A DNA stretch of 64,000 nucleotides. Origin: Eledone cirrhosa. Lineage: Eukaryota. Where the stretch lies: positions 60,388,001 to 60,452,000 of the forward strand of contig OZ024740.1 of assembly GCA_964016885.1 (NCBI GenBank). Direction: 5' to 3'. Every line of letters starts with the position of its first letter. The stretch's first letter is position 1. A program made the translations under genes and the position numbers. The notes under the pieces were generated by a model, which saw only the letters and a program-made list of their open reading frames with translations, searched no databases and was not told the DNA's origin. Below are positions 38,460-52,470 of this stretch, piece after piece.

Positions 38460-40145
38460 GTAGTGGTGGTGGTTGGGTGTAGTGGTTGATGGCGGTGATG
38501 GAGTTGGCGTCTAGTAGTTAGTGATGTTGATGGTTGGCTGCAGTTGTTGATGGTGGTGATGGTTGGCCGCAGTTGTTGATGATGGTGATGGTTGGCTGTA
38601 GTTGATGATGGTGGCGATGGTTGGTAGTGGTGCTCGTGGTTTATGGTGATGTTTGTTCTAGTTGATGTTAGTAGTGGTTAGGTGTTAATGTTGGTAGTGG
38701 TGGTAGTGGTTTGTGGCTTCTGATAGTAGTGGTTAGTAGTGGTTAGGTGTTAATGGTAGTGGTAGTGGTTTGTGGCTTCTGATGGCAGTGGTAGTGGTTA
38801 GGTGTTAATGGTGGTGGTGGTAGTGGTTTGTGGCTTCTGATGGTAGTGGTTGGTTTTTTATGGAAGTGGTTGTGTGTTGATGGTGGTAGTAGTGGTTGGT
38901 GGCTTTTGACGGTGGTAGTTGTTGTCAATGCTGGTTGCAACAACAACCACCACCACCATCATTGTCATAATTGTTGTGTGTTATTTTTTCTCCCACAATC
39001 GGCTAACTCAAACATTTTCCCCCTTTATTTGAGCTTAACTAACCACCACCACCACCACCTCACTCTTAATAGCCATCAACACCACCACCACCACCACCAC
39101 CACCACCTCACTCTTATTAGCCATCAACACCACCACCACCACCTCACTCTTAATAGCCATCAACACCGCCACCACCACCTCACTCTTAATAGCCATCAAC
39201 ACCACCACCTCCACCTCACTCTTAATAGCCATCAACACCACCACCTCCACCTCACTCTTAATAGCCATCAACACCGCCACCACCACCTCACTCTTAATAG
39301 CCATCAACACCACCACCTCCATCTCACTCTTAATAGCCATCAACACCACCACCTCCATCTCACTCTTAATAGCCATCAACACCACCACCACCTTATTCTA
39401 AAGTCTGTACTAACACCACCACCACCTCCACCACCCCACTCTTAATAGCCATCAACACCACCACCACCACCTCATTCTTAATAGCCATCAACACCACCAC
39501 CTCCACCTCACTCTTAATAGCCATCAACACCACTACCACCACCACCACCACCTTATTCTAAAGTCTGTACTAACACCACCACCACCTTTGTAAACTGGCT
39601 CAGTCTACATAGTCAACTGTTCATCTTTAGCAGCCACCCTAATACCATCCTTATCAACAACACCACCACCACTATTACCATCATCACCACCACCAACACC
39701 AGCAACACCACCACCACCATCATCATCATCACCACCACCAATACCATCAACACTAACACAACCACTATACCAACACCACCACAAAAACCACTACTACCAA
39801 CACCACCACCACCACCACTACTACCAACACTATCACCACCACCACTACCACTACTACCAACACCACCACTACTACCAACACTATCACCACCACCACTACC
39901 ACTACTACCAACACCACCACCACTACCACCACCACCACCACTACCACTACTACCAACACCACCACCACCACTAACACCACCACCACTACCACTACTACCA
40001 ACACCATCACCAACACCACCACCACTACAACCAACACCACCACCACTACTACCACCACCACCACCACTACCACCAACACCAACACCATTACTACCACCAC
40101 CACCACTACTACCAATACTACCACCACCACCACCACTACTACTAC
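38460..40145. repeat. (GGT)n then (ACC)n degenerate trinucleotide repeats with a 30-bp minisatellite
   Basis: caccaccacctcactcttaatagccatcaa occurs ~14 times at 39045-39540. Confidence 0.9.
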
Positions 40146-40526
40146 ATACATTTATACATACATATATACATGCATGATGATGGCTTGCCCCTCGTTATCG
40201 AGTATGGTCATTGCACGATATAGCATTATCAGTAACTAGAATTAAAGCACGGCGTTGCTCGGGGTCATTAAGTTACCAAAGTTAGGTTGCACCACCCATT
40301 TTATGGCAGCACTTTTTTGTCTGCCAGGTACTGGGTGAATGAATTGCAGACCTGGACTGCCGAAGCAGGAGCTGCGCCAGCAGTGACAATTGTAGTTTCG
40401 CCTATGGATATTATCTCTGTGCAAAAAAGTGTTGAAATTTATTGTTTCACAGTACTTGCGCAACACGCGCGTAGACGATGCCAGCCGAACAACAGAGCTG
40501 CGATGGAGTTGTTCTGCATGGTTGTC

Positions 40527-40835
40527 TGTGTTTTCTAAATTTAAGACAGTAGGGAGGGTTGTGATATGAGGGAGAGTTAGCTGTTGTTTCTAGCAGGTTT
40601 AGTGACCTCATAGAGGATATGTGTTTTCTAAATTTAAGACAGTAGGGAATGGTGTGATATGGGGGAGAGTTAGCTGCTGTTTCTAGCAGGTTTAGTGACC
40701 TCATAGAAGATATGTTTTCTAAATTTAAGACAGTAGGGAGGGGTGTGATATGGGGGAGAGTTAGCTGCTGTTTCTAGCAGGTTTAGTAACCTCATAGAGG
40801 ATATGTGTTTTCTAAATTTAAGACAGTAGGGAGTT
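40527..40835. repeat. 91-93 bp tandem repeat, ~3.3 copies
   Basis: Units begin tgt(gt)tttctaaatttaagacagtaggga at about 40527, 40620, 40713 and 40804. Confidence 0.9.
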
Positions 40836-41469
40836 GTGTGAACGGACAGTATCACCATCAAGCTTGGAAAGAGAAAGTAGCAGAAAGTATGAAGTTGTAT
40901 AGATTTTGAATGGTAGTAGAAAGAGTTCAGCAGTTTAATGAGAGAAAAATCGTAAAATATTGAGTTTTATCTATTTTTTGCGTAATTGTGGGTGAAATTG
41001 AAAAAATTATCTGCGTCAAGACGCAATCGAAACTATTTCGAATACTGAATTGTAAATTTCAATTGAAGAAATTCTATATCGTAGATTTCTATAACGAAGG
41101 AGCATGACCACACACTGAGCTTTAGAGATTATGGTTATTAATTAATTCCATCGTGCAATGCCTGTGTGCAAAGATTTTTTTAAAGTGAAGAAAGACTGTG
41201 CACTGAGCCAATCCCACTCTCTGAGCGACAGTAGCTATAACCCGAAAAGAAGAAAAGATCAACATCATCGGTAACTACTGAGCCGCAGGTTTTATATCGG
41301 AGTTATCCCAGTTTCCTGAGTTGCCTGCTCCTAGAAGAATGCATATATACATACATATATACATACATATATGCATACATATATACATACATATATACAT
41401 GAGGATGTCTGCCCTCTCGTTATCGAGTATGGACATTGCACGATATACCATTATTAGTAATTATTAATT

Positions 41470-41650
41470 AGTGAATTGGCAGTATCGGTAGAGGGTCAGA
41501 CGCCATGTTTCTAGCATAGTTATGTCCCTTTATGATCTGAGTTCAAATCCCGCCGAGGTTAACTTTGCCTTTCATCCTTACGGGGTCGATAAAATAGAGT
41601 ACCAGTAATGTACTGGGTAATTGCTGGCCTTGTGCCAAAAAGTAGAAACA
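41470..41650 (+). mobile_element. tRNA-derived SINE
   Basis: tctgagttcaaatcccgccgagg B-box followed by ctttgcctttcatcc..ggggtcgataaa. Confidence 0.75.
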
Positions 41651-42014
41651 ATTAATTAATTCCATCGTGCAATGCCTGTGCGCAAAGATTTTTTTAAAGT
41701 GAAGAAAGACTGTGCACTGAGCCAATCCCACTCTCTGAACGATAGTAGCTATAACTCGAGTCGCAGGTTTTATGTCGGAGTTATCCAGTTTGCTGAGTTG
41801 CCTTCTCCTAGAAGAATGCCCTGACAAAGGCTAGGGGTCCTTCACTCCCAGTGCTTTAACCGCGCGATCGGGTATCCAGCTCAACTATTTCCATGTCCCC
41901 GCGCACATACATACATACATACATACATACATACATACATACATACATACATACATACATACATACATACATACATACATACAAACATACGTACATAGAA
42001 ACATACATACATAC

Positions 42015-44341
42015 ATAAAGTAAAGTATGGGGTCAAAAGAAGAATTTCAACCAAGATGCAGTGTGGATAAAAGAAATCCGAAAGAACTATTGCTCCTACA
42101 CTACAACAAAAACATACGAAATAAATGAGGATACCCTCGAGACTGTGATAAGAAAACTCCAAGATAAGCAAACACCAGGAAGAGACATGATTGTCGGCTA
42201 CTGGTACAAAAAACTGATATTCTATCGGAGGTATCTTATTGACCTCTACCAACAAGTTCTCAAGGGAGATACACATATACCAGAATGGTTGACATTAGCA
42301 CAAACAATACTGGTCCCCAAGAACAAAGAGACCCACTTGGCAAAAACTACCGACCCATTGCTGTCAGAACCTGATGTATAAAATGTATACAGCCTGCCTG
42401 AACCTATTTCTCCAAGATCACTGTGAAAATAATAACATCATCACAGATGAACAAGCAGTTGGAAAGAAAGGTGTTTGGGGATGTGCTGAACAACTCCTAA
42501 TCAACAAAACTGCGATGTCGGAGGTGCGACAACTTAGGAGGAATATGACTACAGTCTGGCTGGACTACAGGAAAGCTTCCGATTCTGTTCCCTACTCTTG
42601 GATGATAGAGGCCCTCCAACTTGCTAAAGTCGCAGACATTATTATCAGAGCCGTAGAGAAGCTGTCTTCTTCTTGGGCTACTATCCTAAGGTTAAAGACA
42701 GAGAGGGCGGACTCTATTGTCACTGATAAAATAAAATATCGCAGGGGTATATTTCAGGGAGACAGTCTCTCTTATTTATCCTGTCATTATAGCCCTTGTC
42801 CTTTCTGCTCAAGAAATGTGAAGGATACATCATTGGCTCACAGGAGGACAGAAATACGAACCTAACGCATAATTTCTTTGTGGATGATCTGAAACTATAT
42901 GTCAATAACATGGATGGGATGAAGAAAAATCTTGACCTGGTTACAACGTTCTACCAACGTTTGGCCAAGATAAATGCTCAACATGACTGTAAAGCGGGGA
43001 AGAACAACAACCCGATCTAGCAACATTATCCTCAATGGCCTAACTGTTTCACCGATATCTGATGAGGACTGCTATAGATACCTGGGGATAGATGAGAACA
43101 TATCCTATAATGGTATCTGTAATAAAGAACGCGTAACCAGGGAATACTACATCCGATTAAGAAAGATCTGGTCATCGGAACTCTCTGCGCAAAACAAAAT
43201 AGTGCTTCACAATGTGTTTGCTGTGCCTGTCCTAACACCAAAGTTTGGAATACTCAATTGGACGATAGACGAAATCCAAGCAGTTGATGTTGGAACTCGA
43301 AAAATACTGAACAAAACCGGAAACTTCTACACCAACAGTGACATAGACCGCCTTTACTTGAAACGTAAGCAGTGAGACAGAGGCCTAACATCAGTCCAGA
43401 CAGCATTTGAATGTCGCATCATATCCCTCCGACAACATCTACAAACCTCGAAGCGTAGGAGCCCGTCTCTCGAGCAAGTCTATCTGCATGATAAGATCAT
43501 GAGAGTTGGGAAGGAACTCCTCGAGAGATATTCCCTATGTGATAATCAATAACTCACACCCAGGGAAGTCACTCAGCAGTATCGCAGTGAATCCATGGAT
43601 GAAAAACTGCATGTTTATCAGCAAAAAATCATGCATGGATATGTTGCCAGGAAGCTCCAGAGTGAGAGTAATATAGATAAGGAAAGTAGTCTATCTTGGA
43701 TCAACAACCGCTATATTGGCTCCCACTTTCAAGGATATGCTTTTGCAATCCAAGAACAGGAGATTAACACGAAATACCTGATTCACAAAAGAGATAGGGA
43801 TGCAGGCAAAACATATGATGTGATAACAAGTGCAGACTGCAGAACTAACATCGAGGATATCACCCATGTCATCAGCAGCTGTCGAAAGATGTCATCGCGG
43901 TACTATCTACCGATGAGGCATGATGTAGTGGCCAAAACACTGTACAATTCAGTTCGTAAAAAAGATAGCCCCGATAATAAACACATTAAAAGCTACAGCA
44001 AGGCTGTAAAAGCTAGGCTTCACATGAACAGAAAGAACACAACTAGTTAGGAAATTACAAGTACAATCCATTAATGGAACAGTAAAAATATGTAAAACAT
44101 TCCAAAAATGTTTCATCTAATAACTGCATATACACATGTACAGATACAAAGCATATACACATGCACACATACAACTCAAAACATGCACATCCACACGTAC
44201 AATAACATCCATATCTACACATGCATACATAATCTACCTACTTGATGTTGTATAAATTCCAATGAGAGAATCGTGTGTCTATGTTAGAAACCGACTCTCT
44301 CTCTATTGGGAAAAAATTCGTGAAATTATAAAACCAGAGAA
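42015..44341 (+). mobile_element. Degenerate R4/Dong-type LINE (RT plus knuckle) in (TACA)n
   Basis: Split ORFs contain TPGRD, WLDYRKASDSVP, GIFQGDSLS, FFVDDLKLY, YRYLG and RHD. The endonuclease region is deleted near 44005. Confidence 0.9.
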
Positions 44342-44370
44342 CATACATACATACATACATACATACATAC

Positions 44371-44810
44371 ATGGTGGCTGCCAACTCGTTTTCGAGTACG
44401 GCCACTACTTTATATCCATGTAGGAGAACCCCTACCGATGCGCTGAACGAGTGTGACTTTTTAGTCCAGCCAGCGACTTGAAAACTCTGGTACAAACACT
44501 ACACTTGTGACAATTATTAACACATAGTGCTGGGCCCATGGTACCATGTGACGACAAGTGCAGAGAGATCTCCAGATATAAAGTAATGCCTGTGCCGTGA
44601 AGCTTTTATAGTGAGCAAAGGCACTGCACAAAGCCAGTCCCACTCTCTTAACCATGATGATATTTACCAAAAAGAAGAACAAGTCAACATCATTGGATAC
44701 CATCAGGGTTGCAGGTGTTATATCAGAGTTTTCCTTCTCCTAGAATTCTGCCTTGACAAAGGCTAAGGGGTCATCTCTCCCGGTGATTTTGGATGGCCAT
44801 TGACTCTTAA
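44371..44810 (-). mobile_element. Copy of the RTE-like non-coding repeat (empty hAT site)
   Basis: Near-identical to 34533-34588 joined to 37747-38130. Confidence 0.85.
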
Positions 44811-46357
44811 TACATACATACAAAGGTGCCAGTTTAATTTTTCTCAAAACCAAGTTGATTTGACAAGTAAATTGTTTAAAGAATCAATTAAAAAAAGAAA
44901 TATGATTAAAAAAGGAAAGATGATTCATACTTTGAAGATTTAATAAAAGAGGAGATAAGTAACACAAAAGTAGTTGCTACATATTTCAAGATCTCAATGT
45001 TTCCAAAGAAGTCAGCTTTTCTGGTCCCAGAAAAAACCCAACAAAATAAAGTGTGCGTTGGGATTTATCTGAAAAAATCAAATACAAGTTTGATAAAAAT
45101 GTTTTATCACGTAAACATATGTTCGCACACCATGTTCATAATCAGTTATCGAAGCTTCTAATCGGTTGCTTAAAAAGCTAGAAACATCAGCCAAACTTCC
45201 CCAAATAACAAATTGTTTTAAATGAAGAAAGTTCAATTTTGTTAATATAGTCATATACACCGCCAAAATAGCGGAATGTTCATGGGTGGTATACCTTTAT
45301 TCATAGTTTTGCTCAATCAGAGCTAACCGGAGGCTATGCAACCACAGTAATTAATTAGAAAGATATTTTGACCACCAAGGTAACCAGTATCTTAGGAAGA
45401 TTTGTTATTTTATTGAAAAAGATTGAAAACATACTACTCTGAAAATCAATTACAAAATATAGTCTATTAAGAGATAATACACCCAAATATTTGTGATATG
45501 TTAAGAGAAAGTTTAACATTCAGACCAACTTCCTGCTGATAATTGAGGAAACTCATTGGTAAAATCAGCTTGAGGTATGTATATTTTGACAGGATTCCGG
45601 AACACGGATATTTCAGATTTCTTGTTAAAGATATGATATCCATTCAACGAACATTCCTGGAGGCTAGGCGATAAATTTGTAAATTGGAAGTGACATTAAT
45701 GAAGGTGACTAATTAATAGGTTGAAAGATACTGTTCTGAAAATGACACATTCGTAATACTTTTGATTGGTTTGGTGTCACGTTTTACTTCTCTTGACTCA
45801 ACCATCTGGTACGCTTGCCAAGCTTCCCAATGATACAACAGAAGCCAATCAACTTATTGATTGGCTAATATTAATAAACATTGATAAAAATGTAGCAAGA
45901 GTCGGAAGCTGTTAAAACAGAGAAAATACAATGATGCTCAAAGACAGCTTCATACTTTCTTAGACACCTATTCTACTCTAATAACATTTTCATGAAATGA
46001 ATAATCATCGTTCAACCTAGACAAGAAATAAATATGCCCCTTAGTTCGGACGTGAAAGAATTGGTTGTCACAATAACTGTGTCAGTGTTAGCAATAAAGT
46101 TCACTTCTTCTGATTGAATTTTTAAGCAGATGTCTAGCTCCTACACTTGTATCTACTGATAGATAGTATGTATCTAAGCAATCGCTCTATTAACTAGAAA
46201 TAGCAGCCAATTCTCTCTCAAGCGACACCTTAAAGATCTGTACCTCATTAAAAACTTCAATTACATTTTCAACTTCATTTTCATATATATATATATATAG
46301 AGAGAGAGAGAGGGGGGGGGACGAAAAATCAGTGATGCATCTGGACTTAGTTTATTT

Positions 46358-46448
46358 CGTGTTACAAATGTTTCGCCGGCATGTAGCTCGAGTCATGGTC
46401 CTTGTATGGATCTGGCTGATTCTACTTCTGCGGGTTCTTTCAGACACG
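46358..46448 (-). ncRNA. Hammerhead motif in the 3' terminal repeat of the PLE (sense to the ORF)
   Basis: CGTGT-CTGAAAGA-[61 nt]-GAAAC-ATTT-GTA-ACACG. The core has a 1-nt insertion relative to the 27533 relative. Confidence 0.7.
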
Positions 46449-47220
46449 GGTGTAACGTCCGGAGCAAATTTTATCACTGGGGTGTTATCATAAAAAAACA
46501 CCCTCAAAAAACCCTATTTCCACTCTTGTCACGCCATTGGCTGTTTTTACTCCACGTGATCACAAGTTCTGGTGAGTATCTACTGCCACACGGTTCATCA
46601 ACCATTTTCCGTCCGACACATTTCAATGGAGTCATGCTGGGTTCAGTACTTCACACGTTTGCTCACACTTCAGAGAAAGCACCCACACATACTAAAATAC
46701 ACACATAAAAACACACACACATGCAGACACATACCTATCTATGCATACACACTCGTCCGCCTACATGCGCAGATACCCCTCTCCCCACATACATACATCG
46801 AAGTATATACTCACACACCCTCTCTCCCTCACTTCCACGGACCCATTCACACCCACTTGTTGATACATATCGCCACAAGCCTTCTGACGGCTGTTTACTT
46901 CGCGCTCTGTATCAATTAGGATAAGCATATCCTACTCAAACGTACACATATATACATACATACACGCGCACATATACATACGCCCAACCTTCTATACATT
47001 TAAATATATATAAATATCTATATATATACACACTCATACACATATATACATACACACATACATACACATACATACATATATACACACATGTGTATACACA
47101 TATATATATATATACACACACATACATACACACACATATATATATAGAAATGTATACTCACACATGTCCACATACATACGAATACACATACGTACATAAA
47201 CATTACCTACACACATACAT

Positions 47221-47305
<85 letters not shown>

Positions 47306-47648
47306 TACACACAAAAGAAAAGAGACAACTTAACATGCGTACGCACATCCACACATATACATACACATACCCACGCATATGCGGATAAATATACATTTAC
47401 ACATGCATACGCATACGTATTGCCACATGCATACACCTGCACGCATGCATATTTGCCTACACACACGGGTGCTACCACATATACATATATAAACACACCT
47501 GGAAGTGAACAGTTAAAAATACATTATGCAATAAGAACAGTATACCATATAATAACGGTAAATTACCGTGACATAAAAAAATATACAATGTAATATAATA
47601 TACAATATGATATATATATATATATATATATATCCCTATTACATATAT

Positions 47649-47733
<85 letters not shown>

Positions 47734-48074
47734 CGCACACATGTACACAGACTCATACATACATATACGGATATATACGGATATATATAGAGGATATGAA
47801 ATAAAATAATATAACAAGAATAATAGTAATAATAAAAAAAAGCATATATAGTCCATATATAATCATCCGCACACATTCCTATGAGATGCACATAAACACA
47901 TACTTGTATGCACAAATACATATACACACATATAGAGGCCCGCATGTGCATGCACCTGCACCCACATACACATCCACATTTATACACATACACACACACA
48001 TATATATATATATATGCACACTTACCCACCCACACACACAAACACCTACTCATACGTGGCTATACGTACATACT

Positions 48075-48127
<53 letters not shown>

Positions 48128-48960
48128 TCATATATAGACACACATATACACATACCCACACACACATACACCCACATTTCGCCACATATGTATATATATG
48201 CACATGTCTGCACATACAGGCGCGTATAAGCTCGTGCACACACGCACCCATGCCCATACACACACCCCAGCACCCACCCACGTATAGATATATACATACA
48301 TACGCGTCTACTCACACACACTCATACCCACACACATGTCCACACAGAAAAACACGTGAACATAAACACAATATGATAATAAAATAAAATAAATAAATAA
48401 ATTTACAATATTTTAGGGTACATTAAAATCTGTATGTAACTGCATAAATGGGTACAAGAAAGGAACGGGTAAAATAAAGGAACGGGTAAAATAAAAAAAG
48501 AGAAAAAGATAAAACGGGGGGAGGGTACAGGAGAAGGTGCGTGCGTCCATGCGATATACTACACACAGGTATTATGAGATGCAAACTTGTATCCGTGTAT
48601 AGAAGAGGTAACAGTAACAGAACAATGATAGAACAATAATGATAGTAATAATCACTGTTCAAAAGTGGAACAGGTGTAGAGTATATAGTCACGATTGACG
48701 GTGTACACATTCAATGTGACGCCCGTCACGGTCGCCATGGGGCATGGCACCGTGGCAGGGGTGTGCTGTTCTAAACGTTTAGTGCGCAGGACTGGGCGGC
48801 AGTGGGCCCCGTGTCAGCCGGTCCCGGCCCATGCGGTGTACCTTCCAATGTTGTGTGCCCGGTCACGTGCTCACCCGGTTTACATATAATTGCCCCACGA
48901 GTCGGACACCGTCATCATGGCATGGCGTCAGGTCCCCTAATCCCGCTAGGCCAATCGGTT

Positions 48961-51829
48961 CTATGCGTACTCATTCCCATGCCCCTTGCCTGCGTCACCC
49001 GGCGGATTCCTTGCTGCAAATGTGCATCTTCTCTGGTGTCTGCATGTCATGATAATTTCAGACTTCAGGTTGACGGCGTCATCCTTCAGTCTGACTATCT
49101 CCATGGCCTCGTGTAGGCACAATCGGCACTTTCTATTTCCAGCTGAATATGCACTCGCGTGGCGAACGATACTCCATTCCAGAGCGTATGGAGTGCCGTG
49201 GTCTTTCATGTCCCACACGAGGTCCGCTAACCTAGTGGAGTGCCTTTTGCTACGGTCCCTGAAGGAATTCGTGTGATTATACATCCGCGATTTAAATGTC
49301 GTGGATGTTGTGCCGATGTAGGTTCGATGCGCATTTTGGGTTGTAACCACACATTTGTATATTAAGTATTTCATTAAGCATTTCCCCTGTAGGGGGCACT
49401 GGGTACCCGCTCTACAGTTACAAGTTCTGCTGTCATTTCTTGTGCGTTCGATGTCCGTGCCCCGATCTGTTATGGCCCTCTCAGGGTTCTCAAGGTGTTG
49501 CACCGCCGACACATTTCCCCCCCCCCCCCGCCACTATTTCCCTCTCGGTGTTGGACCATATCGTCCTCGGCGGGCGCTCTGGTGGCCTCGGGGGACGGGT
49601 TGTCATTTGAAAGCAGGTCCCTAGGTGGTTCTCCGCGCTCCGAAACATGATCACTCTGTCGCCGCGGTTGACGGCCAGTGTGCGCCATCTTCACCGCGTT
49701 AGTTCTAGCCATGTAGTCGGCCATATTCAGCGCCGTGGAGAAGGAAAATTTCACCGTATGGCGGTTGAAGATTTTGTGGTACTTATTTATCGTCGGAAAG
49801 CACTCATCCAGCGCTCGGAAGAAAAGTCCTGGCACGTTGGTGCGTACATGTTTAGAGTAAGGCGCATTGAACCAGGTAACGGCCTTAGATCTGTTCCTTC
49901 GTGTGCGTGGATTCTTGTTGGTGTGTCCAGGGCTCGGTGTCCGTCTAGTGCTCTGCCCAACCACAATTTCGTCTCGTGTGTTGTCCCTATCTATTAGCCC
50001 GCTACGTTCGTCGTGGTTATGTTCTACAGTTATAAATTTACGTCGTTCTATGTGGTCATCTATACGTCTATTCCTCTTAGGTCTATGTGATGCTATTGTC
50101 GGTGCTGTAGCACTATAACTAGGCTGGTCGTGCTCCATGGCGTTCTTATTTGTCGAAGTCCTGTCCAAGGTCAGATTTGCCACGGAGTATGCAGTGTGCG
50201 TGCCAGGCCATTGGGTGGTCTGGCTCCCATGGGTGCCTTAGTCCTATCTCGGGTCGGCCCTTTGTCATTAATGTTAGTAGTGTTGTTATTTGTGTTCCTG
50301 GCTATTGCTACCGGGTCAATTCTTCTACCTAAGGAGGCGCCCTCACTATTGGCATTTCTGCACGCCATATCGTTAGGCTCTACTCTATCCGGGGTATATA
50401 TTATGGTGTCTTTGTAACCGGCCCTGTGCAGTGCCTCATTATAATATTTGGCGTGTTGTTTAAACACTTCTGCGTTCGACGATAGGGTGGATACGCGTTT
50501 TGACACCCCTTTAACTATGACTTCTATGACTGACTTAGGGTGATTCGATTGCCTGTTCACATATTGCAGGTTTTCGTTGGGCTTATGGTACGGTCTGTGG
50601 ATTCCCGTATTCATTTCCAAGGTAACGTCCAGGAAATGGACTGTTTTAGTGCTAGTGTCAGTTGTCACAGATAAGCCGTGTTGTTTAAAAAAATGCGAAA
50701 TGCGCTTCCTCATGCGCTCCATCTGACTGGGGTTAAGGGAACGGAAGGTGAAAAGTGCGTCGTCTCTATATATTCTACCTCCGATCCCCGGGATCTCCTC
50801 CGTCAGCCTATGGATGAGATATATCCCCACCAGGTCGGTCACCTGCGCCGAGTCACTTGACCCCATGGTGATATCGAAACTGTCGGGTCTGTCCCTCCTC
50901 TCCCATAACTTGTCTTCGAAACTAATTAGCGTCTTTCTGGCTGCTACTATGAGGTTGGTCTCGTCTCTGGTGAGGCTAGATCTGGTCATGGTGCTTATTA
51001 GGGCCTTATTGACTAGTATCGGAGATGCCGACGCGTAATAGCTATCTATGTCTAACTGGATAAAATTTACTTGGTGTTTGTCATCTATTGCTGAGAACCA
51101 GTCAATTACCTCCTTAGTGGAGGTCCATAGGCTAGGCTTAGTTTTGTTTCTAAGTACTGGTATTATCCTATCTATAATATTCTTACTGGTCCTTCCTAGG
51201 TCGGATTTGGAGGGTGCTATTAACCTAACCGGTAGTTTAGTTTTAAAGTCTAATTTTTCGTCCTTAATAGATATCCGTGGTTTTCTAGGTACATATACCT
51301 CGGTCCTATCCTCTAGTCCTAGCCCCGTCAGTATACTTTTTGCCGTGGCGTTAATACTATCTAAATTTGTCTGTCCAGTGGTCCTATAGTTTTTCCTAAT
51401 CTCTTTGCCGAGGCAGTCATTATATGTAAAACGGTCAAGCATGTATACGTTACCAGTCTTGTCCGAGGGCACGAGTAAATCCTGGCATTTTTCCATGCTA
51501 TTGATGGTGGATCCGAGACTTTTGAGATATTTTGTCCGTCGCGCAGTATTCCTATGGAACTTAATGTTACGAACTATGTTGACAATACGGTTTTCAAATT
51601 CCTCCAGTTGTGCATTGTGTGGTGGGTGTCTTCTCGATCTAAATATCCGCTTTAGGCGGTCCTGAGGGGCGTCTGGCGCTTGTTGTTGTGTCCGGCTGTC
51701 GTGGTGAAATGCGCGCCACCTCATGCGTCTGATGAACGAGTTGGTGTGGTATAACAGCAGGCCCATGTACGTGTTATCTGACGGGATCGGTATGTCTTTC
51801 ATGGAAGAAGAGTAGTTGAATTTTTCCAT
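48961..51829 (-). pseudogene. PLE reverse transcriptase / GIY-YIG endonuclease ORF with two frameshifts
   Basis: SDKTGN, QLDIDSYY, MGSSDS, YRDD, FLDV, YV...SNHP, WFNAPYS, CNCRAGTQCPLQGKC (CxCx5Cx5C), LIYKC..YIG..FKSR..H, CRLC..E and CRH motifs across ORFs 50171-51829, 49470-50183 and 48961-49512. Confidence 0.92.
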
Positions 51830-51980
51830 GGCGAATCGCTGTAAGCGCTTTACTTGTGGAGAAGCGTAGTATATAGTTGTGTATAGTGGTAGCTATGGCA
51901 TGACAAGAGTGGAAATAGGGTTTTTTTAGGGTCTTTTTTTATAACACCCCAGTGATAAAATTTTCTCCGAACGTAACATC

Positions 51981-52071
51981 CGTGTCTGAAAGAACCCGCA
52001 GAAGTAGAATCAGCCAGATCCATACAAGGACCATGACTCGAGCTACATGCCGGCGAAACATTTGTAACACG
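51981..52071 (+). ncRNA. Hammerhead motif in the inverted 5' terminal repeat of the PLE (antisense to the ORF)
   Basis: Identical motif to 46358-46448 on the opposite strand. Confidence 0.7.
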
Positions 52072-52110
52072 AAATAAACTAAGTCCAGATGCATCACTGA
52101 TTTTTCGTTT

Positions 52111-52160
<50 letters not shown>

Positions 52161-52201
52161 TACAATCTATCATATATATATATATATAAGTTTGAAGAAT
52201 T

Positions 52202-52470
52202 GTCAGACAAATTTTATCAAAATGTTTTTCCTCTTAGCCCGTAGAAATTAACTAGTTAAATAATCATTTAACAGAACAAGGTTTAAAATGTAACTTTGAA
52301 GAAATAACATAAATGTTATCGATATTCCTTTATGAGGAACAGTCAGATAAAATTTACCTAATTTTTCCTCTTAGTCCGTAGAAATTAACTAGGTAAATAA
52401 TCAATTAAACGGAGCTAAGTCTAAAATGTAAGTTTGAAGAAAGAAATATAGATAAACATTACCAAAAATT
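52202..52470. repeat. Diverged ~140-bp tandem duplication
   Basis: gtcaga..tttttcctcttag.ccgtagaaat..aactag.taaataatca at about 52202 and 52342. Confidence 0.8.

Larger units (their letters stand above)
46321..52108 (-). mobile_element. Penelope-like retroelement of Naiad type with inverted termini
   Basis: RT plus C-terminal GIY-YIG ORF. ~215-bp inverted repeats at 46321-46536 and 51896-52108, each followed outward by (GA)n/(TA)n. Confidence 0.9.

Noticed and set aside
44820-46280. Unique AT-rich stretch with splice-like signals
   Set aside because: No consistent reading frame or recognisable protein, so a host exon cannot be supported from sequence alone.
48961-51829. Selenocysteine recoding as reported for some Naiads
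   Set aside because: All conserved cysteines translate as Cys. The ORF breaks are frame changes in linkers, not in-frame UGA at Cys positions.
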